DNA of 22,812 nucleotides from a virus (Duplodnaviria; Heunggongvirae; Uroviricota; Caudoviricetes): IMG/VR virus record IMGVR_UViG_2563367158_000003; one strand, 5' to 3'. Shown piece by piece: positions 8,629 to 16,779 of this stretch (position 1 is its first letter; each line of letters starts with the position of its first letter). The notes under the pieces were generated by a model. It saw only the letters and a program-made list of their open reading frames with translations, ran no database searches and was not told where the DNA came from. The position numbers and the translations under genes were made by a program.

Positions 8629-9348
8629 ATGACAACTATTAACAAGCATGGGTTATCTAGAACAATTCCTGAACCTGTAAAACTGGAGGTAAGGCAGCGC
8701 TGTGGCTTCGGTTGCGTTGTTTGTGCTTCTCCCATTGTTGAGTATGAGCATGTAATTCCCACATACGCTGATGCAAAGGAGCACTCTCCAAATGCAATAG
8801 CACTACTTTGTCCTACGTGCCATGCGAAAGTAACGAAACGTCTTTACTCTAAAGAGAAAATAATTAAAGCAATGGAATCTCCTGCAGCCTTACAAAAAGG
8901 GAATGTGGCCGATATATTGGACTTTTCTGATAGGCATCCAACAATAATATTTGGTGGTGCGACGTTTGAATCCTGTACTGTACCAATAATGTTTCAAAAT
9001 GAGCCATTGTTAACCATTGAAAAAGAAAATAATGCTTTTCTTATTTCGGGTAAATTTTACGATAGTCAAGGTATTGTTAATCTTGAATTAATTAAGAATG
9101 AGTGGGTTTGTAGTGCAAGGCATTGGGATGTTCAGGTTGTCGGTCCTAGAATAACTATTATAGAAAAAAGGAAAGGTCCTCGTTTAATTATTAAAGTTGA
9201 TGCGCCTGAAAGATTGATTGTGGAAAGATTAGATATGTTGGTTAAGGGGACTCGGATCGTAGGAGACGAACACAAGCTAAGAGTAGGTCCACATCAATTT
9301 CACAACTGTGGAGTTTCAAATTGCAATATTGGTTTCTGCTTTGGCTAA
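8629..9348 (+). CDS. HNH-nuclease-domain protein (239 aa): N-terminal HNH motif plus a roughly 170 aa C-terminal domain of unknown function; AT-rich cargo gene
   Basis: HNH signature read from the translation: CGFGCVVC ... EYEHVIP ... N-AIALLCPTCH. Good RBS (AAGGTAAGG) before the ATG at 8629. Region visibly AT-rich compared with flanking phage genes. Confidence 0.7.
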   Translation: MTTINKHGLSRTIPEPVKLEVRQRCGFGCVVCASPIVEYEHVIPTYADAKEHSPNAIALLCPTCHAKVTKRLYSKEKIIKAMESPAALQKGNVADILDFSDRHPTIIFGGATFESCTVPIMFQNEPLLTIEKENNAFLISGKFYDSQGIVNLELIKNEWVCSARHWDVQVVGPRITIIEKRKGPRLIIKVDAPERLIVERLDMLVKGTRIVGDEHKLRVGPHQFHNCGVSNCNIGFCFG

Positions 9349-9461
9349 CTGGAGGTTGGAAAAAGACCATTTCCTATAAGCTGAGTATTTCGTACATTTT
9401 TGCCAACGCATGTCTATGCCGCATGAAATCGCATGATCGTTTGAGGATCGTTTTTGCTGAT

Positions 9462-9489
9462 GCCCGCCAGAGCTGGCGGGCTTTTGCTT
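9462..9489 (+). terminator. Rho-independent terminator: GCCCGCCAG-ag-CTGGCGGGC followed by TTTTGCTT
   Basis: Perfect 9 bp GC-rich stem with 2 nt loop and a T-rich tail, about 110 nt downstream of the HNH gene stop. Confidence 0.55.
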
Positions 9490-9530
9490 ATGTCATGCAG
9501 GTGCATGAAAACCACTACACAAAGCGGGCA

Positions 9531-9549
9531 GGCGTGGCGGGGATACGAG
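9531..9549. other. Putative cos site (cohesive-end sequence) GGCGTGGCGGGGATACGAG
   Basis: First 13 nt identical to the 19 nt cohesive end of phage 186 as I remember it (GGCGTGGCGGGGAAAGCAT), and close to P2 (GGCGAGGCGGGGAAAGCAC); lies between the replication genes and the portal gene, where cos sits in P2-like genomes. Depends on recalled sequences, not a lookup. Confidence 0.4.
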
Positions 9550-9726
9550 CGCGCGCAACGAGGTGAAATAGCAAAACTCAGCACAGCCTACGGCCCGCTA
9601 GCGGCTTCAAATTGAAATGGTGAGGTGCAGCAGCAAAAAAACCGCCCCACAGGAAGTTGTTGAGGTTGTTTATTGAGGGAATTGGCTTAAGCGGTAAAAC
9701 ACAAATATTGCAACTTGTGCATGAAA

Positions 9727-9756
9727 TTGATACATTGTGCGTAATGTGTCTATATT
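9727..9756 (+). promoter_or_regulatory. Candidate sigma70 promoter: -35 TTGATA (9727-9732), 18 nt spacer, -10 TATATT (9751-9756)
   Basis: Hexamers read directly from the sequence; located 13 nt upstream of the ATG at 9769, so the transcript would be nearly leaderless or the true start lies further in. Confidence 0.4.
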
Positions 9757-9768
9757 GCGGGGTGTTTT

Positions 9769-10440
9769 ATGGCTTTCAGAGCGGAAGAAGCAGCAGCATC
9801 GAATTTCGAAAATGCTTACAGATATCTAGTTCCACAAGGTTCAAATCAGGAGATGCGTTCGAAAGTTAGGGCGAAGCTCAAAGAAATTGTTGAAGAATGT
9901 GGGCCAGTAGTGGATGGGTATCCAGCATGGCATCCTTTTTTGCTGGAAAGAGATAAAGCTATTTGGGCGCCTATGACTCCCAATAATACTCCTAGCTTTA
10001 AATACCTGGACCACACGGTCTATTTCAGGAACGGCATTCTTACCTGTCCTTATGGTCATGGGGTTGATGAATTTATAGCTGGTATAAAACGTCTAAAGCA
10101 CACGGATGCCCATTTCTCTATTGAGAAGATTGATGACGTTGTGCTTTATAATGACAACGCCGTCCCGTTGTTAATAAAATGCCATTGGCTTATTTCGGAA
10201 GATATGGAAGAGGATGGCACCATTCCAGCAAAAGCAGCAATTGGATTGATGCTTGAAAGCGAGGTTCCTAACTGGCGGCATGCAGTTTATTGTGAAAATT
10301 GGGAAGATATGCGCGGGCAGTTGATGGGATATCCGCACGGTGCCAGATCATCTCTATTTGTTAATCAGCAGACAGGACAGAAAATGAAAAACTTCTGGAA
10401 TCAGCTGATTAAGACCGGAATTCTTGGGGAAGAGCGATAA
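9769..10440 (+). CDS. Hypothetical protein (223 aa), AT-rich orphan cargo gene between cos and the portal gene
   Basis: Intact ORF convergent with Q; no recognisable motif. An alternative in-frame ATG at 9853 exists. Composition visibly AT-richer than the neighbouring structural genes. Confidence 0.55.
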   Translation: MAFRAEEAAASNFENAYRYLVPQGSNQEMRSKVRAKLKEIVEECGPVVDGYPAWHPFLLERDKAIWAPMTPNNTPSFKYLDHTVYFRNGILTCPYGHGVDEFIAGIKRLKHTDAHFSIEKIDDVVLYNDNAVPLLIKCHWLISEDMEEDGTIPAKAAIGLMLESEVPNWRHAVYCENWEDMRGQLMGYPHGARSSLFVNQQTGQKMKNFWNQLIKTGILGEER

Positions 10441-10454
10441 TTTCTTGAGGCTTA

Positions 10455-10488
10455 GCTGCGCCTTTAACAAGCAGAGGCGCTGCTTTTT
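10455..10488 (+). terminator. Stem-loop followed by a T5 run, candidate terminator for the 223 aa gene
   Basis: GCtGCGCCT ... AGGCGCtGC inverted repeat (one mismatch) with an 11 nt loop and TTTTT tail, between the 223 aa gene stop and the Q stop. Confidence 0.45.
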
Positions 10489-10492
10489 AAAT

Positions 10493-11545
10493 TTAGCTAT
10501 CGTTGTTTGTGTCTATTCCCAGCGTGTAGGGCTCGAAGCGGATCACCTCTTTACCTAGCCAGTAATTCAGCTCCTGCAGCCGCTTTTGCAGCGGCATCAG
10601 TTCATTGCGGACGAAGACACGGCTCGCTTTTTCCACATCCCCAAAACCCCCAACATTATTCGGCATAATCCCCATCATCTGTGGCGGAACACGATGCGCG
10701 GCCATCATGTCATCACGACTCACGTTCTTGATGTTCAGAAATTCATCTTTCGCTGCGACTTCTGACAACGGGATGATCTGAAGCCCGTCCTTTTTGCCGT
10801 TAGGCGAGTACATAAACAGGTTGCGGAAGTTACCTGGGCCTTTGGCGCTTTTCATCGCATTACGGAGGTTGTTCACATCCTCCTGGTTCTGCGCGGCATC
10901 GGTCATGTACATGATGAAGCCAGCATGACTACCGTTAATGTAATACTTCCGGCGGAACAGCGTGGCGGACTCGTTGAGCAAAGCGGATGGGATGGCAGAA
11001 AGATAGCCGGGCAGGCCGTAGATCTCCTGATTAATATCCGGTTCCATCAGATGAAAAATGCTGCCTTTTGTGAACTGATACGGCTGGGTTGTCATACCGT
11101 ATTGCACAAACCAGTAGGTATCCAGGTCTAACCCGCGTCGGGTGTATTTTGCCAGCGCAGGCTCAAGGGCGATAACTTCACCGAATCGATTCGTGCGTTT
11201 CTCCAGGTAGGCGTTACCAAATACCAGATAGTCCTGCACAAAACGCGAAAAAGCCTGTTGGCTGAGCAGCGGATGAGAGATATAGGTACTGGTCAGAATG
11301 TTGCACTTTACTGCAATCGGGGAACTGTGATGCACGGCAGCGCGGAAGGTGCGCGCCAGTCCGTCAAAGCTGACGGGCGGCTCATACCAGCGGTCCATCT
11401 GTACGCATTCCACATAGTCCAGCAGTTCTCGGCGGTCCAGAACAGGAACGGGATCGCCGAAGCTGAATGCTTCGGCTGTAGTCTGGCTTTTAAGCTGGAT
11501 CTGTTTCGTCGCCGCAGCGCGGTTCTTCTTACTCTTTCCCATCAA
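10493..11545 (-). CDS. Q: Portal protein (P2 gpQ family)
   Basis: 350 aa; position and orientation (leftward, paired with the terminase gene) as in P2; translation resembles P2-type portal proteins. Confidence 0.92.
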   Translation of the reverse strand: MMGKSKKNRAAATKQIQLKSQTTAEAFSFGDPVPVLDRRELLDYVECVQMDRWYEPPVSFDGLARTFRAAVHHSSPIAVKCNILTSTYISHPLLSQQAFSRFVQDYLVFGNAYLEKRTNRFGEVIALEPALAKYTRRGLDLDTYWFVQYGMTTQPYQFTKGSIFHLMEPDINQEIYGLPGYLSAIPSALLNESATLFRRKYYINGSHAGFIMYMTDAAQNQEDVNNLRNAMKSAKGPGNFRNLFMYSPNGKKDGLQIIPLSEVAAKDEFLNIKNVSRDDMMAAHRVPPQMMGIMPNNVGGFGDVEKASRVFVRNELMPLQKRLQELNYWLGKEVIRFEPYTLGIDTNNDS

Positions 11546-13308
11546 AAAATCTCCACAATATTGCTGGTATTGGCGGATTCGCCCTGCAGCGGTTCGTTAA
11601 ACAATGCGTGCATCGTTGCCCAGGCCAGATCGGCGTGGCTGGCTTCTTCGCTGCGGCTGGCTTCATAGGTCGGGCGGTTGCCGCTGGCGGTGGTGGCGCG
11701 ACGGATTGCCATAAATGACTGCGCAATGTCGGTGTGCCCGGCGTCAAACTCCAGACGGCGGTGGCTGATAATGTCGTAGGCCTTGAGTACCAGGGCGTTT
11801 TTAACGTTGGGGTTGTAGACAAACTCCCTGACGGCAGGAAAAAACGCTTTCACGTTCTCGTAAACCCCGTGACCGACGCCGGTCGAGTCGATGCCGATAT
11901 AGGTCACGTTATACTGTTCGGTCAGTTTTTTGATGGCGTCAGCCTGGGCGCGGAAGTCCATTCCGCGCCACTGGTGACGCTCAAGAATGCGGAACTTACC
12001 GCCCGGCACGGCTGGCGGTGCCACCACCACGCATCCGGCGCTGTCGCCGTTCTGCGTACCTTTTGCCGGGTCATAACCGATCCACACTTCGCGCCAGCCA
12101 AACGGGCGCAGGGCCAGTGCATGAAAGTCGGTCCAGACTTCCCAACTGTCCACCATGCACGCCTGCAGCTCGCTGAGCGGGAACACGGACGCGAGATCGT
12201 CCACGAACTCACACATCAGCAGGTTCTGGTATTCGTCCGGGCTGTATTCCATGCGCAACTGGTCAAGGTCGAACAGGTTACAGCCGCCGCGCACCGCATC
12301 TTCCACGGTGACTATCTGGCGGTATTGCCCGTCTGCGCACAGCAGGCCGGGGGCCAGATTGCTGTGGGACAGGTCGATGTCCACCTTATCGGCTTTGTTG
12401 CGCCCACGGTTGAACAGCGCACCGGACCAGAACGGATAAGCACTGTGTGTCAGACTGGATGGCGTGGAAAAATAGGTTTGTCGCCATTTTTTGTGAATAG
12501 CCATACCGGAAGCCACTTTGCGCAGCTCCTGGAATTTCGGTATCCAGAAATATTCATCCAGATACAGGTTGCCGTGGTAACTCTGGGCCGTGCGGGCATT
12601 GGTGCCGAGGAAGTAAAGCGTGGCCCCGTTAGGAAGCACCATCGGATCGCCTTTCAGCTCCACCTCCACTTCTTTGGCAAAGTCGATGATGTACTGTTTA
12701 AAGACGTGAGCCTGAGCCTTGCTGGCAGAAAGGAAAATCTGGTTACGCCCGGTCAGCAGGGCGTCAATCAGGGCTTCACGGGCAAAGTAAAAGGTCGCGC
12801 CGATCTGGCGAGACTTCAGTAGGTTGCGGATGCGATTGGTTTTTCCGGCTTCCCACCAGTGGCGCTGGTAGTTGAACATGGAGGAATGGAAAATTTCTTC
12901 CAGCTTCTCAATCTGTTCATCGGTGAAAACATTCTTTTCAGGCTGACGGCGTGGGCCTTTGTTGCGGTTGGCGACGTTAGGGTTTAAGTCGGCTTCGTTG
13001 CCACCATTGTTAAACTTGCCGATCCGCGCGTGGCGCTCAGACTGGCGCGCCAGCAGGTCAATCTCTTTGAAATCTTTCCCTTCTTTGTGCTCCTTCATGA
13101 TGAGCTGGCAGTAGCGTGCGGCGGTGGTGAGCTGCATCTGATCCAGCGGCCCATAGTCACCCCACTTGTCGCGTTTTTTCCAGCTGTGAACGGTTGCAAC
13201 TTTCTCGCCCAGCATTTCAGCAATGCGGGCTACGCGGTATCCCTGAAAGTACAGCAGCATGGCCTGCCGACGGGGATCGAGATCTGCGGGTGTCAGTGTG
13301 GTGTTCAT
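11542..13308 (-). CDS. P: Terminase large (ATPase) subunit (P2 gpP family)
   Basis: 588 aa, close to the P2 gpP length; leftward and overlapping the Q start by 4 nt; divergent from the O operon as in P2. Confidence 0.92.
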   Translation of the reverse strand: MNTTLTPADLDPRRQAMLLYFQGYRVARIAEMLGEKVATVHSWKKRDKWGDYGPLDQMQLTTAARYCQLIMKEHKEGKDFKEIDLLARQSERHARIGKFNNGGNEADLNPNVANRNKGPRRQPEKNVFTDEQIEKLEEIFHSSMFNYQRHWWEAGKTNRIRNLLKSRQIGATFYFAREALIDALLTGRNQIFLSASKAQAHVFKQYIIDFAKEVEVELKGDPMVLPNGATLYFLGTNARTAQSYHGNLYLDEYFWIPKFQELRKVASGMAIHKKWRQTYFSTPSSLTHSAYPFWSGALFNRGRNKADKVDIDLSHSNLAPGLLCADGQYRQIVTVEDAVRGGCNLFDLDQLRMEYSPDEYQNLLMCEFVDDLASVFPLSELQACMVDSWEVWTDFHALALRPFGWREVWIGYDPAKGTQNGDSAGCVVVAPPAVPGGKFRILERHQWRGMDFRAQADAIKKLTEQYNVTYIGIDSTGVGHGVYENVKAFFPAVREFVYNPNVKNALVLKAYDIISHRRLEFDAGHTDIAQSFMAIRRATTASGNRPTYEASRSEEASHADLAWATMHALFNEPLQGESANTSNIVEIF

Positions 13309-13354
13309 GGCACAAACCTACAGCCTTGAATGAAGGCTTTCCCCGCCTGCGGTT

Positions 13355-13372
13355 TGTGTGGTTGTCGGTACA
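13355..13372. promoter_or_regulatory. TGT-N12-ACA dyad (TGTGTGGTTGTCGGTACA), the element recognised by Ogr/B-type late activators; likely the O-operon late promoter
   Basis: Motif read from the sequence in the P/O divergent intergenic region, centred about 85 nt upstream of the O start codon. Confidence 0.5.
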
Positions 13373-13450
13373 AATACCGCGCATTGTTTCACTGCCCCTA
13401 TCACCGCAACCATAAGGCTCCAGTAAGTTTTTTCTAACGGAGCACGGCTC

Positions 13451-14284
13451 ATGACAGTGAAAGCAAAGCGTTTTCGCATCGGGGTGGAAGGTGCCACCAC
13501 CGACGGACGCGAAATCCAGCGTGAATGGCTGGAACAGATGGCAGCCAGCTATAACCCGGCGGTGTATACCGCGCTGATTAACCTTGAGCACATCAAGTCT
13601 TATCTGCCAGACAGCACCTTTAACCGCTACGGCAAGGTGACGGCGCTGTTTGCTGAAGAAATCACGGAAGGTCCGCTGGCAGGCAAGATGGCGCTGTATG
13701 CCGACGTTGAGCCAACGGAGTCCCTGGTGGAACTGGTGAAAAAAGGCCAGAAATTATTCACCTCTATGGAAGTCAGCCCGAAGTTTGCTGATACGGGCAA
13801 AGCCTACCTGGTCGGCCTGGCTGCCACTGATGATCCCGCCAGTCTGGGTACGGAAATGCTGACATTCAGCGCCAGTGCAGCCCATAACCCGCTGGCAAAC
13901 CGCAAGCAGAATCCTGCCAATCTTTTTACCGCTGCAGAGGAAACGGTGATCGAACTGGAAGAAATCCAGGAGGACAAGCCGTCCCTGTTTGCCCGTGTCA
14001 CGGCGCTGTTTACCAAAAAAGAGCAGTCAGACGATGCCCGGTTCTCTGATGTGCATAAGGCCGTGGAGCTGGTCGCCACTGAGCAGCAAAACCTGAGTGC
14101 GCGCACCGAAAAATCCCTGTCTGAACAGGAAGAACGCCTGTCTGAGCTGGAGACTGCTCTGCAGGAGCAGCAAACCGCCTTTAACGAACTGGTGAATAAG
14201 CTGAGTCATGAAGACAGCCGCCAGGACTACCGCCAGCGTGCAACAGGCGGTAACGCCCCCGCTGACACTCTGACCAATTGCTGA
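13451..14284 (+). CDS. O: Capsid scaffolding protein (P2 gpO family)
   Basis: 277 aa; the N-terminal FRIGVEG-TDGR...LEH pattern matches the P2 gpO start as I recall it; first gene of the rightward head operon. Confidence 0.9.
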   Translation: MTVKAKRFRIGVEGATTDGREIQREWLEQMAASYNPAVYTALINLEHIKSYLPDSTFNRYGKVTALFAEEITEGPLAGKMALYADVEPTESLVELVKKGQKLFTSMEVSPKFADTGKAYLVGLAATDDPASLGTEMLTFSASAAHNPLANRKQNPANLFTAAEETVIELEEIQEDKPSLFARVTALFTKKEQSDDARFSDVHKAVELVATEQQNLSARTEKSLSEQEERLSELETALQEQQTAFNELVNKLSHEDSRQDYRQRATGGNAPADTLTNC

Positions 14285-14300
14285 TGGAGCACAAAACCTG

Positions 14301-15359
14301 ATGAAGAAGAATACCCGCTTTGCTTTTAACGCTTACCTGCAGCAGCTGGCGCGTCTGAACGGTGTGGCAGTTGAAGAACTGTCCAGCAAATTCACCGTGG
14401 AGCCGTCTGTACAGCAGACGCTGGAAGACCAGATCCAGCAGTCCGCCGCTTTCCTGACGCTGATTAACGTCACGCCTGTGACTGAGCAATCCGGTCAACT
14501 GCTGGGGCTGGGTGTTGGCAGCACCATTGCCGGAACTACTGATACCACCGCGAAAGAGCGTGAGCCTGTCGATCCGACGCTGATGGTCGATGTGGAATAT
14601 AAATGCGAGCAGACCAACTTTGACACGGTGCTGACCTACGCGAAGCTGGACCTGTGGGCGAAGTTTCAGGATTTCCAGGTGCGTATCCGTAACGCCATCG
14701 TGAAACGTCAGGCACTGGACCGCATCATGATCGGCTTTAACGGCGTGAAGCGTGCGAAAACCTCCAACCGCAGCGAAAACCCGCTGCTGCAGGATGTGAA
14801 CAAAGGCTGGCTGCAGAAAATCCGTGAGGATGCACCGGATCACGTCATGGGCAGCTCCACCACGGGCGGTGAAACCACACCGGGTGCGGTGAAAGTCGGG
14901 AAAGGTGGCGAATATGCCAACCTGGACGCCGTGGTGATGGATGCCGTCAATGAGCTTATCGACGTGGTCTACCAGGACGATGACGATCTGGTGGTGATTT
15001 GCGGTCGTGAACTGTTGTCTGACAAGTATTTCCCACTGGTCAACAAAGAGCAGGAAAACAGTGAAAAACTGGCTGCCGATATGATCATCAGTCAGAAACG
15101 CATGGGTGGCCTGCAGGCCGTGCGTGCGCCGTTCTTCCCGCCGAATGCACTGCTGATCACCCGTCTGGATAACCTGTCCATCTACTGGCAGGAAGACACC
15201 CGCCGCCGTTCAGTTATCGACAACCCGAAACGTGACCGGATTGAAAACTTTGAATCCGTTAATGAAGCCTATGTGGTTGAGGACTACCGCTGCGCCGCAC
15301 TGGTGGAAAACATCCAGATTGGTGATTTCAGCGCCGCCGCAGCCGAAACCGGAGCGTAA
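14301..15359 (+). CDS. N: Major capsid protein (P2 gpN family)
   Basis: 352 aa; strong similarity to P2 gpN as recalled (TRFAFNAYL...FTVEPSVQQTL...). Confidence 0.93.
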   Translation: MKKNTRFAFNAYLQQLARLNGVAVEELSSKFTVEPSVQQTLEDQIQQSAAFLTLINVTPVTEQSGQLLGLGVGSTIAGTTDTTAKEREPVDPTLMVDVEYKCEQTNFDTVLTYAKLDLWAKFQDFQVRIRNAIVKRQALDRIMIGFNGVKRAKTSNRSENPLLQDVNKGWLQKIREDAPDHVMGSSTTGGETTPGAVKVGKGGEYANLDAVVMDAVNELIDVVYQDDDDLVVICGRELLSDKYFPLVNKEQENSEKLAADMIISQKRMGGLQAVRAPFFPPNALLITRLDNLSIYWQEDTRRRSVIDNPKRDRIENFESVNEAYVVEDYRCAALVENIQIGDFSAAAAETGA

Positions 15360-15362
15360 TCC

Positions 15363-16013
15363 ATGAGCCTGAGTCCCGCACGGCAGCATCGCCTGCGCGT
15401 TCAGGCTGAACAGGCCGCCCGCGAGGGCGGCAGTGTTCGCCACGCATCGGGCTATGACCTGATGCTGCTGCAACTGGCGGAAGACCGCCGCCGTCTCAAG
15501 GGCGTTCAGTCCACGGTCAAAAAAGCGGAAATCAAGGTGGAGCTGCTGCCGAAGTACGCCGCCTGGGCAGAGGGTGTCCTGGCTGCCGGAGGCGCTCAAC
15601 AGGATGACGTGCTGATGTACGTGATGCTGTGGCGCATTGATGCCGGAGATTATGCCGGGGCGCTGGAGATCGGGCGTCATGCCCTGCGTCATGGCTGGGT
15701 GATGCCGCTGGGTAACCGCAACGTGCAGACCGTGCTGGCAGAGGAAATGGCAGACGCCGCGCAGAGCGCAATGCTTGCCGCCACCGGCTTTGATACCGAT
15801 CTGTTGTTGCAGACGCTGGAGCTGACAGACGGTCTGGATATGCCGGACCAGTCACGGGCGCGTCTGCATAAAGCGATTGGCGCTGTCCTGAGTGAAAGCA
15901 ATCCGGCTTCCGCCCTTAATCATCTCAACCATGCGTTACAGCTTGATCCCCGCTGTGGCGTGAAAAAAGACAAACAGCAGCTGGAGCGCAGACTGCGCAA
16001 TGACAGCCGCTGA
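15363..16013 (+). CDS. M: Terminase small subunit (P2 gpM family)
   Basis: 216 aa; position after N in the conserved O-N-M-L order. Confidence 0.8.
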   Translation: MSLSPARQHRLRVQAEQAAREGGSVRHASGYDLMLLQLAEDRRRLKGVQSTVKKAEIKVELLPKYAAWAEGVLAAGGAQQDDVLMYVMLWRIDAGDYAGALEIGRHALRHGWVMPLGNRNVQTVLAEEMADAAQSAMLAATGFDTDLLLQTLELTDGLDMPDQSRARLHKAIGAVLSESNPASALNHLNHALQLDPRCGVKKDKQQLERRLRNDSR

Positions 16014-16108
16014 CAGAACGTGCCCCCGCGCACGGGCGGCACGGGGTGGCGAAAGGCACTGCCACATCAAAACCCCGTCCACCGCCCTCTATTTCAGGAG
16101 AAAGCAGC

Positions 16109-16573
16109 ATGAAGTTTGTTGCGCCAGAACAGGCACCGGAACAGGCGGAAATCATCAGAAATACGCCGTTCTGGCCTGATGTGGACCTGTCGGAGTTTCG
16201 CAGTGTCATGCGCACTGACGGCACGGTGACGCAGCCGCGTTTAAAGCAGGTTGCGCTGTCGGCAATTTCGGAGGTCAACGCAGAGCTGTATGAGTTTCGC
16301 AGACGTCAGCAGATGCTGGGGTATGTGTCGCTGGCTGAGGTTCCGGCGGAACAGCTGGACGGCAAAAGTGAGCGCATTCAGCACTATTTCAACGCGGTTT
16401 ACTGCTGGGCACGCGCCATGCTCAACGAACGATACCAGGACTATGACGCCACGGCATCCGGTGTGAAGCGAGGCGAGGAACTGGCGGAATCCAGCGGTGA
16501 TTTGTGGCGTGACGCCCGCTGGGCCATCAGTCGGGTGCAGGATGCGCCGCACTGCACAGTGGAGCTTATCTGA
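16109..16573 (+). CDS. L: Head completion/stabilisation protein (P2 gpL family)
   Basis: ATG at 16109 with AGGAGA RBS (the track's start at 16046 is further upstream); about 154 aa; position after M. Confidence 0.8.
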   Translation: MKFVAPEQAPEQAEIIRNTPFWPDVDLSEFRSVMRTDGTVTQPRLKQVALSAISEVNAELYEFRRRQQMLGYVSLAEVPAEQLDGKSERIQHYFNAVYCWARAMLNERYQDYDATASGVKRGEELAESSGDLWRDARWAISRVQDAPHCTVELI

Positions 16574-16776
16574 TGAAAGTGCGTGCGCATCAGTATGACA
16601 CGGTGGACGCGCTTTGCTGGCGTCATTACGGGCGCACGCAGGGTGTCACGGAGCAGGTACTGAAGGCAAATCCGGGGCTTGCCGAATATGGCCCCTTTTT
16701 ACCTCACGGGCTGCAGGTGGAGCTGCCGGACATTCCGACCACCACCACCGTGCAGACCGTCCAGCTATGGGACTGA
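16573..16776 (+). CDS. X: Tail protein X (P2 gpX family)
   Basis: 67 aa, same length as P2 gpX, with a conserved pattern (D-x-L-C-x-R-YYGRT ... NPGLAE ... LPHG); start overlaps the L stop (TGATG). Confidence 0.85.
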   Translation: MKVRAHQYDTVDALCWRHYGRTQGVTEQVLKANPGLAEYGPFLPHGLQVELPDIPTTTTVQTVQLWD

Positions 16777-16779
16777 ATT

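Noticed and set aside
9321-9566. 81 aa plus-strand ORF spanning the terminator hairpin and cos-like sequence
   Set aside because: Runs through a rho-independent terminator and the putative packaging site, has no RBS, and overlaps the end of the HNH gene; most likely non-coding.
11734-12822. 362 aa plus-strand ORF antisense to the terminase large-subunit gene
   Set aside because: Lies entirely inside the well-supported minus-strand gene P; long antisense ORFs are expected in GC-rich coding DNA, and there is no RBS or recognisable motif.
14181-14843. 220 aa minus-strand ORF inside the major capsid gene N
   Set aside because: Antisense artefact within a strongly recognised capsid gene.
16014-16060. 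GC-rich inverted repeat (CGTGCC ... GGCACG) after gene M, considered as a terminator
   Set aside because: No downstream T-tract, and it lies inside the continuous head operon where read-through into L is expected.
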